A stretch of DNA of 64,000 nucleotides from Octopus sinensis. Taxonomy: Eukaryota. The position numbers and the translations under genes were made by a program. The stretch covers positions 41,974,001 through 42,038,000 of the forward strand of contig NC_043006.1 in assembly GCF_006345805.1 (NCBI RefSeq). The letters run 5' to 3'. Below, piece by piece: positions 1 to 12,807 of the stretch. The notes below the pieces were generated by a model. It did no database searches, had not been told where the DNA came from, and saw nothing but the letters and a program-made list of their open reading frames with translations. Position 1 is the stretch's first letter. The number at the start of each line of letters is the position of its first letter.

Positions 1-638
1 GGTTTCTAGATTTCATTATAGAGCAATTTCTGTGAGTGTTTTGTTATTCCGTGTATTTATCTAATGCTGCTTGATGCAAAGTTTACCGTGCGATATGGAC
101 CAAAGACTCTTGACAATTCCTTAATGAGGTAAAAATCAGCCAAGCAAAACTTTTTCGTTCCGCTAGGAAATTTCAATATTAGCTTGGTTTCAAATTAAAA
201 GAAATGGGAATAAGAATTATTTGAGATCTTCTATAAAAGAAACTTCGATTTCATTATCGGCCCACTATAATATATACATCTTATCCTTATGATGACAGTA
301 ATTCTTATTAAAATCTTCACAATTGTAATTCCCTCTTTACTGATATACTTTATATCATGTATATTAATCGTTATTAGGCAAAAATTCACTGCACTCCAAT
401 AAGTATATTATATTCGTTAACTTGGTATCATGAGCTGTTTGAAACATTGAAAAGCCAGATTAAGTTACTTGCAGTATTAATTTTCTTCTTTGGAGATTAT
501 TAAAATATATATAATTTAAAATTTCTCGAAACATTTTCTTGAAACTATCAACACCAAGAAATAGCCAGGGCTCGAACATTACGAATATGCATTGGGAATC
601 TTATTTCCAACATCGAAATAGAAAGCACTGTAACTTAC

Positions 639-728
639 CAGTTCAGTGACGTTAAGATTGGGTAATTTCGTTTAGAATTTTTTTCCATGCATAACTCAAA
701 TTTTAAATAGCAGTTTCGCTCACAAGTT
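639..728 (-). CDS. Candidate exon 3 of a putative minus-strand gene (TCERNCYLKFELCMEKNSKRNYPILTSLN)
   Basis: Strong donor CTG|GTAAGT at 638-633; 90 nt, open in phase 2/2, Cys-rich; acceptor (GTGTAG) is weak with no pyrimidine tract. Confidence 0.22.
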
Positions 729-1599
729 CTACACATATCCGTATGTTTTTGCTTAACATTTTTTTACAAGAACATACTTTTTCATATGCTTTACTTTTGA
801 TTTAGATGATTTTTTTTTAATATTTAACAATTGATTTTAAACTTTGCAATATTTATGTAACTAGATATTCAGCCAATTTTGTAATGCAAGGTAGAACTAT
901 CAAGAGTATAGTGTTGGCAACAATGAATTTCAAGTTAAGCCATAATTTTCAAAAGATGACTGCTTGAAGCGTGATATTTTTTTTTAGATAATTGATCCGA
1001 TATCACAGCTGTCTTGGTGGAATAGTTTCAAATAGTTTCAACATTTACACTAAAGAAAATATGAAGAAAAGCTTACAAATCAACTGCAACTTTGATCTAG
1101 AAAGAAGATTTTCTTGGCATTGTTTTCTGTCCACGTATTTATATCAGAACATTGTGGTGAAAGTCTTAAAGTGGCTTTCCGACTCTGTTGGATAAACTAT
1201 GTATTTCTACATTTATTATTATTCCTATATAAATAAATAGAGAACGTCTTTTATTTACTTAGCTTGAAGCTGTCACAGCTAGTGCTTTTGTAAAAGTAGT
1301 CAAAATCATATAAATGTTGGAAAAACATTTGAGCAATACGAGTGAAGTTTGGGTAAAATATATAAGATATCGTTAAATGAAAACCAACGGAAAATAAGTT
1401 GTAATAAATTACATAGGTTTAACCAATAATATTTTGGAGAAGGCTCTCCTTTTCAAATTCAACAAAGCGGATAATTAAAGTGTTCGGAGGTATGTGTCGT
1501 TAATGGCAAGTCATTCATTGATGTTAAATCTCAGCATGAGAAACTATCTACACCCTCTGCTTATTCTTTACTTGCACTAATTCCCTCACTCAATCATAA

Positions 1600-2050
1600 T
1601 CAGTTATATATCTTAAACATTTATTTCGGATTTTCTCAAGCTGAACAAAATCCAATGCAATTTTCACTTTCTGTACATCAGGAACTCGTTTAGGAAATAG
1701 ACTAAATGTTACAACATTAACAAAGATATTGTTGTTTGGTTCCGTGACAGATAAACACAAATCCAACACACGAAAACTTTCTGGCCATTATCATCTAGGA
1801 TCACATGTATCTAAGATCACATAATCAAAAGATTCGTAACATTTTTAAGGCTACAGTCTTTGATTTGATTGATATTCAGCCAACTTTCAGCAACACAAAT
1901 GAGCAAGAAGAGGTCTCACTCTTTCATTGATGTGAACTTCTTTCTACAGTGATCAAAACGGGAACATATGCAAGAGGGCGGTGTTGCCTTGCTTCATGAG
2001 AAGATTACAGTGGATAATCACACGCCATCCCAAAGCCAGCCTTGCGGATC
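1600..2050 (+). mobile_element. Highly decayed Penelope-like reverse transcriptase remnant
   Basis: 1870-1950 translates (one frameshift) as IDIQPTFSNTNEQEEVSL/SFIDV, resembling the PLE RT motif IHPxIKFTxExExxxSLPFLDV; many stops; boundaries approximate. Confidence 0.3.
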
Positions 2051-2352
2051 TTAGACTATATTTAGTTCCTAAATATTTTTCTTTCATCATTTGTTCGCTT
2101 ATATTTTTGTAACATCAATGTTGGTATACACATTAGCGCATGAATATTTCTTTTAAGAGCGTTTGGTTTGATGAATATTAATGCTGACATTTCATCATTT
2201 AACACGCATAGAATTTCATACACTGACAATGTCAATAACACTCACTCAGGTTTGTATATATATACATACATGCAAACATACATACACACACATGTATATA
2301 CATATATATATATTGAAATTTCAAAATTTCAAACCTAACCGTATATTACTTG

Positions 2353-2429
<77 letters not shown>

Positions 2430-2521
2430 GGATGCATAACTATATAGATAGATTAATTATATGTAAATATGTTAGACTTTTATCCCATAAGTTTAAGCTT
2501 ATACGATACATATACGACCTA

Positions 2522-2609
2522 TGTTACGGGCATGTAAACACACCAACATTGGTTGTCAAGTGATGGTGGGGGACAAATTCAGACACATACACAACACGCA
2601 CACAAATAT

Positions 2610-2650
<41 letters not shown>

Positions 2651-2692
2651 CGATGGGATTCTTTCGGTTTCTGTCTACCAGTCGCAAGGCTT
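2522..2692 (-). mobile_element. Partial octopus SINE (OK-like family with internal microsatellite)
   Basis: Matches the AACACACCA(G/A)CAT(C/T)GGTTGTCAAG and TTCTTTC(A/G)GTTTC blocks seen in other copies in this window. Confidence 0.65.
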
Positions 2693-4460
2693 TTGTAAAC
2701 ATATCTATCTTTAAAAATAACGAATATTAGTGGAACAGCCCAGTAAAACAACGATTCCGTTGTAGCTCAATATGCCAAAAATTTAAAGATAAACGGAAAA
2801 ATTTTAAATACTGTATATGTTGTCCATGGAAGCGTAATTTAGAAGCTAGCTTCCCAAATATGTAATCTTGCTTTCAATCCCACTGCAAAGTAACTTGAGC
2901 AAGTGTCTTCTACTTTAGCCCTGGTCCACAGTAATTTTGAGGGCTATTTTGAAATGCGTAGCCAGGTTCTAAAGTCAGTGGAACGAGCACGTAAACATGG
3001 CGCCATGACACATACCAAACAATTTTTAACTAAGTTCTCTTAAATTACGCGAAGCATTTCTTGTTTCAGTAACAATGCCATTAGGTATAAAACTTATAAC
3101 TACTGATATAAATGTGATGTGGAAAAGATTAAATTCTACGGGATCTTCCAGTATTGAGAAGTTATGATGTCAGAGTTTGTTTTGGTTTTTCAAATGTCAA
3201 GGGCCGCTAACACACCAGCAGTTCAAAAACACAGGAGGTTGGTCAAATACAAAAATGACTCGTTTCTAAGGCCAAACGTTTAAGAAAAAGATGAGATATT
3301 CAACTTTTATCACTCAAGTGAACTAAAGAGTTTTAAAAGATTGTTGAAAAGGCTCCAATTTTGAAAAATGTCCTCGGTGGGAGCGGTCGCCCTCCTTCCC
3401 CTTATGAACTACGCCATTGTTTTGCCTATATCTACTTTTCCAGCCATTTATTGTGTTTGTAAAGCATATTACCTGGCGAACATTTTTGCATGAAAACTAC
3501 TGCTATTCGAGATTTGAATATTTATTAACATATCGAAGGATACCAATGAGTATTCATTTTTGCAAGGAATTTATAAAGTTGGCAGACAAAGAGTGGGATC
3601 CAAGTAACTGTCGGGAGATATTCTTCCACGCAAATTTTGAAAGAAATATCTACATCTATAAAGGAGCTAGACATTCTAATGGCACAATTATTTTTCACTT
3701 TACAGTTTTAACTAATATGGTGGAAATATGGATATGTATGAACACTATTCTTTTTGCTGAAACGTATGCATGTATTCAGCAAAGGAAGTATTATCTACCT
3801 TTAATCTTGTTCTGTTTTGCCTACGGAAGACAGGAATATGATTTTAGTAATAACGTCAAAGCGCATTGGAGGATTGTACTTTAATGATATTTTTGAACAA
3901 CTATTAATCACACGAGTAATATTTCCGCATAAATGTGACATAATCGATATTTTTTTAATAGAATATGGATGTATGGGTTAAATATAACAGTAGAACAAAT
4001 AGAGTATTTTACAGATTTGATGTTTTATCAAAGAAAACCTGTTATGAATTAGCGAAGTTAGAGTTATTAAATGAGAAATGTAAAAGTACGTGTGAAATGC
4101 GTGTGTTTATATATGTAAATATTGATAAATAGAATGATAGAAAGAGAGAGTATGAGTGATAAACTGCGAGAAATAGAGGGGTAGAAAGATAGAACTAGGT
4201 AGATAGATAGATAGATACATACATACATACATACATACATACATACATACATACATACATAATACATACATACATACATACATACATACATACATACATA
4301 CATACATACATAGACTGATAGGCAGATAGATAGATAGACAATATACTTTTCAATACAACACACCTAATTTTTATACGTATGTAGACAGATTTACGTATAC
4401 GTGACAAAATTACTGATTCATATACAAACACACCACATACATACACACACATACAGACAC

Positions 4461-4527
<67 letters not shown>

Positions 4528-5048
4528 CGTAATGATTACGTATAAGTTGCATCATATGTGTATTCAACATGTACGCATAGCAGATGATAGAGAAAAAAAA
4601 ACAAGAGTAAAAACAATCACAGAATTTACAGTATCATAACCACCTAAAACCACAATAGAACATATAATATACATTATTAAATCTGATATAGAGATAGGTG
4701 AGAGGGAATCACTATGACTCGGCCAGTGATGTATGTCACCTTTGGGATTGGCGAATTCAATATTCTCAACGCGGCACTGCTTACGAAAGGACTTTTTTTA
4801 ATCTGTCCTAGCGGAAGTCTTGGCACCAATTTTGTTATCGGTATACATACATATTGTTTGTCTTTTCATGCTTTTCCATATGTTTTAATGTTTTGGTTTG
4901 ATTTTTTTTTTTTTGATTGCGGGATAGACTTACCACGGACTTTTATATACGTGTTGGAGAAAGAAATTGCTGTTTCAATTTACAATTTTTCCGCAACCGT
5001 TCAAAGTCGGAAATTACAGTAATAGTAGTGGCAGCAGCAGCAGCAGCA

Positions 5049-5108
5049 GAAGAAGAAGAAAAGAAGAAGAAGAAGAAGAAGAAGAAAAGAAGAAGAAGAA
5101 GAAGAAGA

Positions 5109-5170
<62 letters not shown>

Positions 5171-5182
5171 CACCACCACCAC
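5049..5182. repeat. Compound microsatellite (GCA)n-(GAA)n-(AGT)n-(CAC)n
   Basis: Read directly from sequence. Confidence 0.95.
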
Positions 5183-5670
5183 CAGCTGTTTTAGCTTTAA
5201 TTTTAGAGGTTTACAGTTATGAAAAGGAAAAAAGAAAACGAGAGAAGTTATAATGGAAATTTTATGTAGTAGAAAAATAAAAAAAAGACTGGGGGGGGGT
5301 CATTCATGCGACTAAAAATTCTTCGAAGCAGTGCCCCAGCATGGCCGCAGTCTAATGACTGTAACAAGTGAAAGATAATAGAAATATTGTTTTGTAAATC
5401 CTATTGTTCAGTTTCTAAACTCACATTCGATAAATGCAAACCAGTTCTGAGAGGTATGTACATATCGGTGTATCGTAATATTAGAGATATGAAATATATA
5501 AAAATATATTTTGCGTAGCGTAAACACTATTTGATACAAGGCTCAAAACCTTCATTATAGTTTAAATATGTATGCTAAGAAGTAGCAAGCATAGTTCTCA
5601 TGTACTTTTATATATTCGTATGATTTTAGTCCCGTCTCTATACATACACACATTCCAATAATAAATTATA

Positions 5671-6230
5671 TTGGGTTGTCCGGAAAGTTCGTGCCGATTT
5701 ATAGTAGTTTACCTTTCGACTTATTTTAGAAAATGGATGAGTCCATAAAATAGTATTTGACTACACCTCCATTTAGAGCACAGTTACTATCCTTTCGTGG
5801 AAGAAGGTTTATGTTCCTATAACCCGTGTTAATTCTGTAACCCTTTAAAATGGAAGATAAGGTTCATTTTTGGCACTTGATGCTTTGGGAACCAGATAAA
5901 AATTGCTGCAGCTCGGTTGGGATGTGTTACCCCGCCCTCCATATTCACCAGATATTGTTCCTTCGGATTTCCACTTATTCAGGTCTCTGCAGAATAGTCT
6001 TAATGGTAAAAATTTCAATTCCTTGGATGACGTAAAAAGATATCTTGATAAATTCTTTGCCATGAAACCACCTCCATTCTGGGAAGAGGGCATTTTCAAG
6101 TTAAAGGAAAGACGGAGACGCATTGTGCAACAAAATGGTTTATATTTGGTTGATTAAAAATGTAATGGCAGGTATTTATTGACCTTTTTCTTTCCTTTAA
6201 AAATCGGTACGAACTTTCCGGACAACCCAA
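5671..6230 (+). mobile_element. Internally deleted mariner (Tc1/mariner) element, 560 bp
   Basis: 30-bp TIRs TTGGGTTGTCCGGAAAGTTCGT(G/A)CCGATTT with 1 mismatch; TA on both flanks; N-terminal MEDKVHFWHLML at 5850 joined to the C-terminal WDVLPRPPYSPDIVPSDFHLFRSLQN...GIFKLKERRRRIVQQNGLY* (YSPDLAP motif). Confidence 0.95.
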
Positions 6231-6649
6231 TATATTCCTTACGTTTTAACTCTATAGTTTTATAATATTCATGGAAAGTAAATTTATGATCAGTTTATAA
6301 GAATTCTACTCCCAAAATGTTATTACTTTAAATTACACGTGTAACGCATATATTTTCCTTTCGCTTTCCATTAGCTGTACGCCTGTGTGGTGCCACACCG
6401 CGTTCAAAGGCTGTTGCGGCACAACTTACTTTTATCAATACGATTAACCTAGATCGTACAAGCTACACTGTCGCTGTGGAGGTACTCAGTGACGGTTAAG
6501 CTCTTCCTCTGCACTTCGACTCTTGGTGGTTTGTTGATGTTGTCGATGTTATATGAATCGACATTGGAAGGCTATCTCAGTCTTTGTTGATTCTCTACCT
6601 GGTAGCTTTATGTAGAGGCAGGCAATATCACTATTGATGTAGAAATATC

Positions 6650-7300
6650 TATTAGTGGTGGGTAGTTAAAGGTTTTCATATCTAATATAAATAATATTGT
6701 CGTTTGGCTTCCAAACAAATGACCTAAATGTTTTTAAGACCACTGGCACACGAAACCATTGTGGGCCATTTATTCAATGCAAGCACATGTACCATATGTT
6801 TTCAGTCCGTGTCCTACTTTATATGTTTTTCATTGACATAAAATATATTCTCATCCATCCCTTGTACCTGTAACATATTAGAGGTGATGCTAGACTCGTT
6901 TGTATTATCTGCATGAAAAGGTCGTTCCCCGATTTTTACAGACTTCGTTCATCTCTTTTTAGAAGCTGATTGGTTTTGACCGAATTTCATGTCAATTATT
7001 TTGCTTTCAGAAGCATTTTTCTGATGTTCTGATGACAGTCATCTTGGATAACTTTTAACACATCTTTGAAGGTGATTGATTAGATTCAAGTGTTTGTTTT
7101 TATAATCTTACACTATTTTCAGTTCCTATTTATCAAACTTAGTTGGCGAGAAATGTAGCGATTTATTTGTTTAAAATTGACAAGTGTCGGCATCTAACCT
7201 ATGGTTTTCCGCATATCAATATCGTTAATTTTCATTTTTTTCTCTGTGTTTTACAAATCTACGATGGCATTTTTTATTGTTTTCCTTTTGATTGCTTCTT
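6650..7300 (-). mobile_element. Possible decayed Penelope-like (GIY-YIG) remnant
   Basis: Weak by-eye resemblance to the GIY-YIG C-terminal region near 6750-6880; heavily interrupted. Confidence 0.2.
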
Positions 7301-7587
7301 CAGAAGAAAAGGAATATAAATAAGCTTTATTTGACAAAATAATAATAACTCATTAGCTTGTTGTAAGTATTTACCTCCGATATCGTTATGAGATATTTTG
7401 TGTTATTCTCTCTCGTCGATCATAACAAACGGACTGTCGTATTGCTGTATTTAGCTATGGACATTTAAGTTCTCTGTTCAAAGCCTGCTGAGTTCAATTT
7501 TAGCAGTCGTCCTTTCAAGAGTACCATTCATATACTGAAGTTGTTTTAATACTCTATAAACTATCATATATGTGAAGTGATATATGA

Positions 7588-7763
7588 TAGAAGAAGAAGA
7601 AAAAGAAGAAGAAGAAGGAGGAGGAGGATGAGAAGAAGAAGAAGAAGAAGAAGAAGAAGAAGAAGAAGAAGAAGAAGAAGAAGAAGAAGAAGAAGAAGAA
7701 GAAGAAGAAGAAGAAGAAGAAGAAGAAGAAGAAGAAGAAGAAGAAGAAGAAGAAGAAGAAGAA
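7588..7763. repeat. Long (GAA)n trinucleotide tract
   Basis: Read directly; explains the poly-Arg ORF. Confidence 0.97.
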
Positions 7764-7877
7764 ATATATATATAATTATGCTGTCAGACAGAGTCAGAGG
7801 AAAATTTAGCGTTTTAGACAGAAGTATTTCAGTGGAAACAAAAATATTTTAAAATAGATGAGACTAATGTTACTTAC

Positions 7878-7961
7878 AAAACAGTATAGTGAATTGAATT
7901 AAAATTAGTAGGGCGGAAATGTATTGAACTGTGTTCTGTAGTCAAAAGACTGAAATCTGAG
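7878..7961 (-). CDS. Candidate exon 2 of putative minus-strand gene (SDFSLLTTEHSSIHFRPTNFNSIHYTV)
   Basis: Acceptor TTCTTCTCGCTTGTCTAG|, donor |GTAAGT; 84 nt; open only in the phase-2 frame, matching the candidate upstream exon. Confidence 0.3.
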
Positions 7962-8664
7962 CTAGACAAGCGAGAAGAATAGTGATGTAAGTATACGTGA
8001 GAAGGCAGATTAATTACAACAAAATTAGCCATATATTTAACAGGACACAGATTATGAACAAGGTGTAGGACACTCTTCGAAATGAGCAAGCAAAATGGTC
8101 ACTTAATTGCCATTTCTTTCCTAGACTCGAGCCGACCCTTGAGCAAGTGTCAACATTCTAACTTTATACATCAAAGCTATCGTGAACTGCAAAGTCTAAC
8201 AAAACAAGTGAAATATGTCACTCTCTATATTTGATACCATTGTAATTAGTATTTCTCAATCTAACCCCTGGTTACGATGTTAAACTGCACCCATAGTGTT
8301 CCGTCGCCAAGGCGGTAAAGTAGAATGTCACAATACTGATTTGGGTGGAATTCCTGCAGATCTTGTCTTGAGTCTTTCACAGTACTTTTGCCTACGTAAG
8401 GGTTTCCCGGCTAAGAATTAACGAATATTCGATACTCTATTTCCGTTATTGAATATCTATCATGATGACGAAGACAGGCGTAGGAGTGGCTGCGTGGCAA
8501 GTAGCTTGCATACCAACCACATGGCTCCGGGTTCAGCCCCACTGCGTGGCACCTTGGGCAAGTGTCTTCTACTATAACCTCGGGCCGACCAAAGCCTTCT
8601 GAGTGGATTTGGTAGACGGAAACTTAAATAAGCCCGTCGTATATATGTATGTATATATATTATA

Positions 8665-8714
<50 letters not shown>

Positions 8715-8720
<6 letters not shown>

Positions 8721-8920
8721 TTAGGGAATAAATCCAAACTTACAGGGAAAAATCAGATTTAGGATTGAATCCAATTTTATAGTAAATTATATATATTAAT
8801 TATATTTTTTAATAATTTTGTTACATATTTAAATAATATAAATTAATCATATGTATTGGCTTAAGTCTTTCATTGTTTGATTTGCCTAATAGTGGTTTTG
8901 TCTCTAATTTATATAATTAT
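8715..8920. repeat. Partial AT-rich foldback-family element
   Basis: TAGGGAATAAATCCAAACTTACAGGG... and TTGTTTGATTTGCCTAATAGTGGTTTT match 57110-57633. Confidence 0.7.
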
Positions 8921-8971
8921 ATATATATATATATATATAAATAGGAAAAAAGCAACAAGAATGGATTAAAA

Positions 8972-9059
8972 TCTCGGTACGATCGTTTCGTACGAGGACA
9001 TCTTTAATAAGCTACAAAAAATGCAGTGAATACAGATGGCTCGTACTCGTCAGCCGAAA
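8972..9059 (-). ncRNA. Type I hammerhead ribozyme, inverted identical copy
   Basis: Exact reverse complement of 9617-9704. Confidence 0.85.
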
Positions 9060-9616
9060 AAATATCAGAGAATTCCCAAACATCAAAAGGGGTAGATACA
9101 AATTTTTCATTAACTACCTGAACCACTACAATATAAGGCTGTCATTTTTGCTTCTCATTCGGACTCCCTGATATTTTCGCATGATTGTACCCTAAATCCC
9201 TCCACAAAACTGGATTACGAACTATAAGGACATACACAAATTTTGTAAGTTCAAGACTTTTTCATCAGATCTCCAAAAAAATCGAACTTATCTGCGATTC
9301 TTGTTAATTTCAATAACAATCTGTTCCTCTACACGACATGACAGTCACTATGTTTTTACTCAGTCTTTCCTCTACATGATGTGGCAGTCACTTTGCCTCT
9401 TACTCGGATTTTCAGAAATTTTGCATGACTGTATCCGAAAATTTCTTCATACAACTTGATCAAATATTCAATATGAGCTATATGTAGACATGCATAAATT
9501 CTATAGGTTTAAAACCTTTCATCAGATCTCCATGAATCGAACTTTCTTCAATGCAGTTAATCCTACAACCTCTTTTGTATCTACCCCTTTTGATGTTTGG
9601 GAATTCTCTGATATTT

Positions 9617-9704
9617 TTTCGGCTGACGAGTACGAGCCATCTGTATTCACTGCATTTTTTGTAGCTTATTAAAGATGTCCTCGTACGAAACGATCGTACC
9701 GAGA
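9617..9704 (+). ncRNA. Type I hammerhead ribozyme (intact core, extended helix II, minimal palindromic helix III)
   Basis: Helix I TTTCGG/CCGAGA; core CTGACGA 9623-9629; helix II GTACGAG 9630-9636 / CTCGTAC 9680-9686; GAAA 9687-9690; helix III palindrome ACGATCGT; cleavage triplet GTA, predicted cut after 9698. Confidence 0.85.
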
Positions 9705-9851
9705 TTTTAATCCATTCTTGTTGCTTTTTTCCTATTTATAATCACCCCACTTGTCGTATGGCTAACACCATATAGATATCCGGTGCATCCTAGTTAAGGA
9801 CCATATTCATGTGAATTCTTTAGAATTCACTAGAATCTCAATTACTTAACC

Positions 9852-9888
<37 letters not shown>

Positions 9889-11002
9889 TATGTATGTATG
9901 TATGTGTGTGTGTATGTGTGTGTGCGTGTTTGTGTGTCGGTGTTTATGCCCCCAACATCGCTTGACAACCGATGCTGGTGTGTTTACGGCCCCGTAACTT
10001 AACGGTTCAGCAAAAGAAACCGATAGAATAGGTACTAGGCTTACTAAGAATAAGTCCTGGGGTCGATTTGCTCGACTAAAGTCGGTGCTCCAACATGGCC
10101 GCTGTCAAGAGACTAAAACAAGTAAAAGAAGAAAAGAGTAAGACAGACAAATACTCTTTGCTAATTGTATGAATCAGTAGGATATGCGCTGCTTTCTGAC
10201 ATTCTGGAACATTTTGAGTGGCTGGATGTGATTGTGAGGGCACCCTCCATTGGAAATGATATTCACGAGCCAGTGAGGTAGCCTCTATTCTGTCGCGCAT
10301 CTAAATGATGTAGGAGAGTGAGCTAATGTACAATCCAAACATTTGATTGTTATAAGCAAATCACCTCTACAGGTTATTCGATAAGAAATTGAAAAACCTT
10401 CATCTGAGTTTACGGCAGGAGAGAAGTGAGGCCGAGTTGTTCGATTAAACGCTTCGAATCAGTGCACCAGCATGGCCACAGACCAGTGACTGAAACAAGG
10501 AAGATATATGTAAATGGAAGTGTGTGTGTGTGTATACATACATATCTTCCTTCATATTTCTATAACGTTTTGTCTAGTATTGTGTTATTATGTACGTCGC
10601 TAATTCCAAGCTAGGTTTGCTTCAACACTCTTTCATATTCATAAGGTATTCGTTTTTGTTGTTATTCGTTATAATGTTGTCGTTAGCTTTGCTCCCTTCG
10701 TTTTTACTGATGTCTCTATTTTCTATTACTTCTTTTGTATTTTGGCTTTATCTTATCTTTTCTACTGTAATTGTTTATTCCAAATAATTCACGTTACAAT
10801 ATTTATGACACTTAATTGCTTACATTTGTCTATACACTCACATACATACATAATTACGCACCTATGCACATACTTATACACACACACACACACACGTATA
10901 TATATATATACATATATGTAAATATATAGAGTGAGATACATACAGATATAAATATACCTACACATGCACTCATATACACACATATATATACATACATATA
11001 TA

Positions 11003-11039
<37 letters not shown>

Positions 11040-11258
11040 TCACTCACGCTGACACACACACATGCATACACACATACGCACACACATATATACACTCACA
11101 CACACAAATACGTACATGCGTAACAATGTAAGTATTTAGGCATCATAAATATTAAAGTACGAATTATTTGAAATGAAGAATTGCTGTTCAATGTGCACGT
11201 ATGTGTGTTATGTGTGTGTGTGTGTGTGTGTGAACGCGCGTATATGCATACGTATATT

Positions 11259-11359
<101 letters not shown>

Positions 11360-11505
11360 GAGGAAGTGGAGGAAAGGTAGTAAGGGAAGGAGGGAGACAG
11401 ACTGAGAGATTCATTAGTTACTTTATTATTAATAGACACGTAATAAATATTCCAACATACATTTTGATTTGAACAATATTTATCGTCTTTGATGAATGGC
11501 CTCAC

Positions 11506-11567
11506 ATTGTTTTGTATTCTTCATCACAAAATAATAACTCTAGCAGTATGAAGGTTGAAATCCACAT
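11506..11567 (-). CDS. Candidate first coding exon of minus-strand gene (MWISTFILLELLFCDEEYKT), signal-peptide-like
   Basis: ATG at 11567, hydrophobic N-terminus, donor AAT|GTGAGG at 11505 (phase 2); preceded by a purine-rich UTR-like stretch. The Glu in the hydrophobic core weakens the call. Confidence 0.25.
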
Positions 11568-12807
11568 TACAATGATTGTTGAATAAGATTGTTTTCTGCT
11601 ATTTGACCAGCACTGTTGTGCTGCGGTGTCCTCTGTTCTTTCTCTAAAAGCGTTTGCTTCTATTAAGATAGTTTTAGCATTAATGTAAGAAAGTTATTTA
11701 TGCTACAACGCAGCTTCCCTTTAATCTGATTTGAAAATGTTTTGTTGCATTTTTTTGTATTTTCGTATTTTTTTTCTTTCTTTGCTAGAGTACTTAATGA
11801 ATTTATTGCTAGTCTCTTCCACAGTTTGAACTAATATTAACTTGACAACGTCCGGAGGGCTAGCGTAGGGAAACGGTGTGATTAGCCACTTTAATCTTCT
11901 CATCGGCGAGAAAAGAGAAGAACACTGTTCCCTGCGTTATGTTCCAGAAAAATTCATACAAGAATAAGAGACGTGTGTTGTTGACTGTTTTGTTACTAAA
12001 GATTAACAAGGAAAGCGACCGTTCCAAACGAAAGAAACAAAGTGACGTTGAAGAGCAAGATTTCTGATGAAACGAGAGTTATACGTTTTAAGACAGAAAC
12101 AAGAATATGTCTGTGAAAGAGGTCACTGTGGTAGAGTTGCTGAGATTTGCTGCCACAGATTTATTAAGAACGGTTTATTTTGGAATCAAGTTTAATATTT
12201 GTACAAACAGATTTTTTTCTTTGTTCACTAATGCATTAATCAGTTGAAGAAAGTTAAGAACAAAGATTTTATTTTGTTGATCGGTGAGGAGTGAAAGGCA
12301 AAGCAGAAGGGAAATCAAAGCTACACCTGGCAGTATTTGAACCCCTTACCTAATTACTCAACACAAATACATAGAATTTTTCAGAGCCTCCAAGACTAAT
12401 GGCAGAATGAATGGAATTTATCCACAAGCTAAAGAAAGTTCGTAAATATCTTAAATACAAGGACCTCTGCTAAAAGATACACACATGCTAAATACTGGCG
12501 TAAACAGATTTGTTTTCTTGCATCAAATAAGTCAAGTAGGTAATAAGGCTGTTGGAAGTCGATTTAGCAGCCTCTCTTTTTGGATAGCACTTATTTACAA
12601 GGCAGAAAAATTATTCTGCTTTCCCGTTATATATATATATAAGTTTCATCTGATGCGAATCACTAGAATCAACGGGTTTGAAGAAGACGGGATGTGTATA
12701 CAGTTTACAAAGGGAATAAATTAGAGTGCTGTAGGTGGAAGATAATTTTAAATTGTGGAGCAGAGATCAGAGATTTTCAAAGACAATATGTTTATTATTA
12801 TTATGGA

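Larger units (their letters stand above)
8936..9740. mobile_element. Element with perfect 167-bp inverted terminal arms (8936-9102 / 9574-9740), probable inverted Penelope pseudo-LTR pair
   Basis: Arms are exact reverse complements by eye; each contains an HHR; inverted pLTRs and pLTR-borne HHRs are established PLE features. Confidence 0.75.
8476..10140 (+). mobile_element. OK-like tRNA-derived SINE split by nested insertions (head 8476-8647, tail ~9935-10140)
   Basis: Head GGCGTAGGAGTGGCTGCGTGG...GGTTCAGCCCCACTGCG...GCCCGTCG and tail CAACATCGCTTGACAACCG...CAAGTAAAAG are contiguous apart from a microsatellite in the 31431-31911 copy. Confidence 0.85.

Noticed and set aside
3417-3884. 155-aa plus-strand ORF
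   Set aside because: No recognisable motif or convincing splice sites; composition fits AT-rich chance ORFs.
11721-11903. 60-aa minus-strand ORF (MRRLKWL...)
   Set aside because: No recognisable domain; possibly UTR or upstream sequence.
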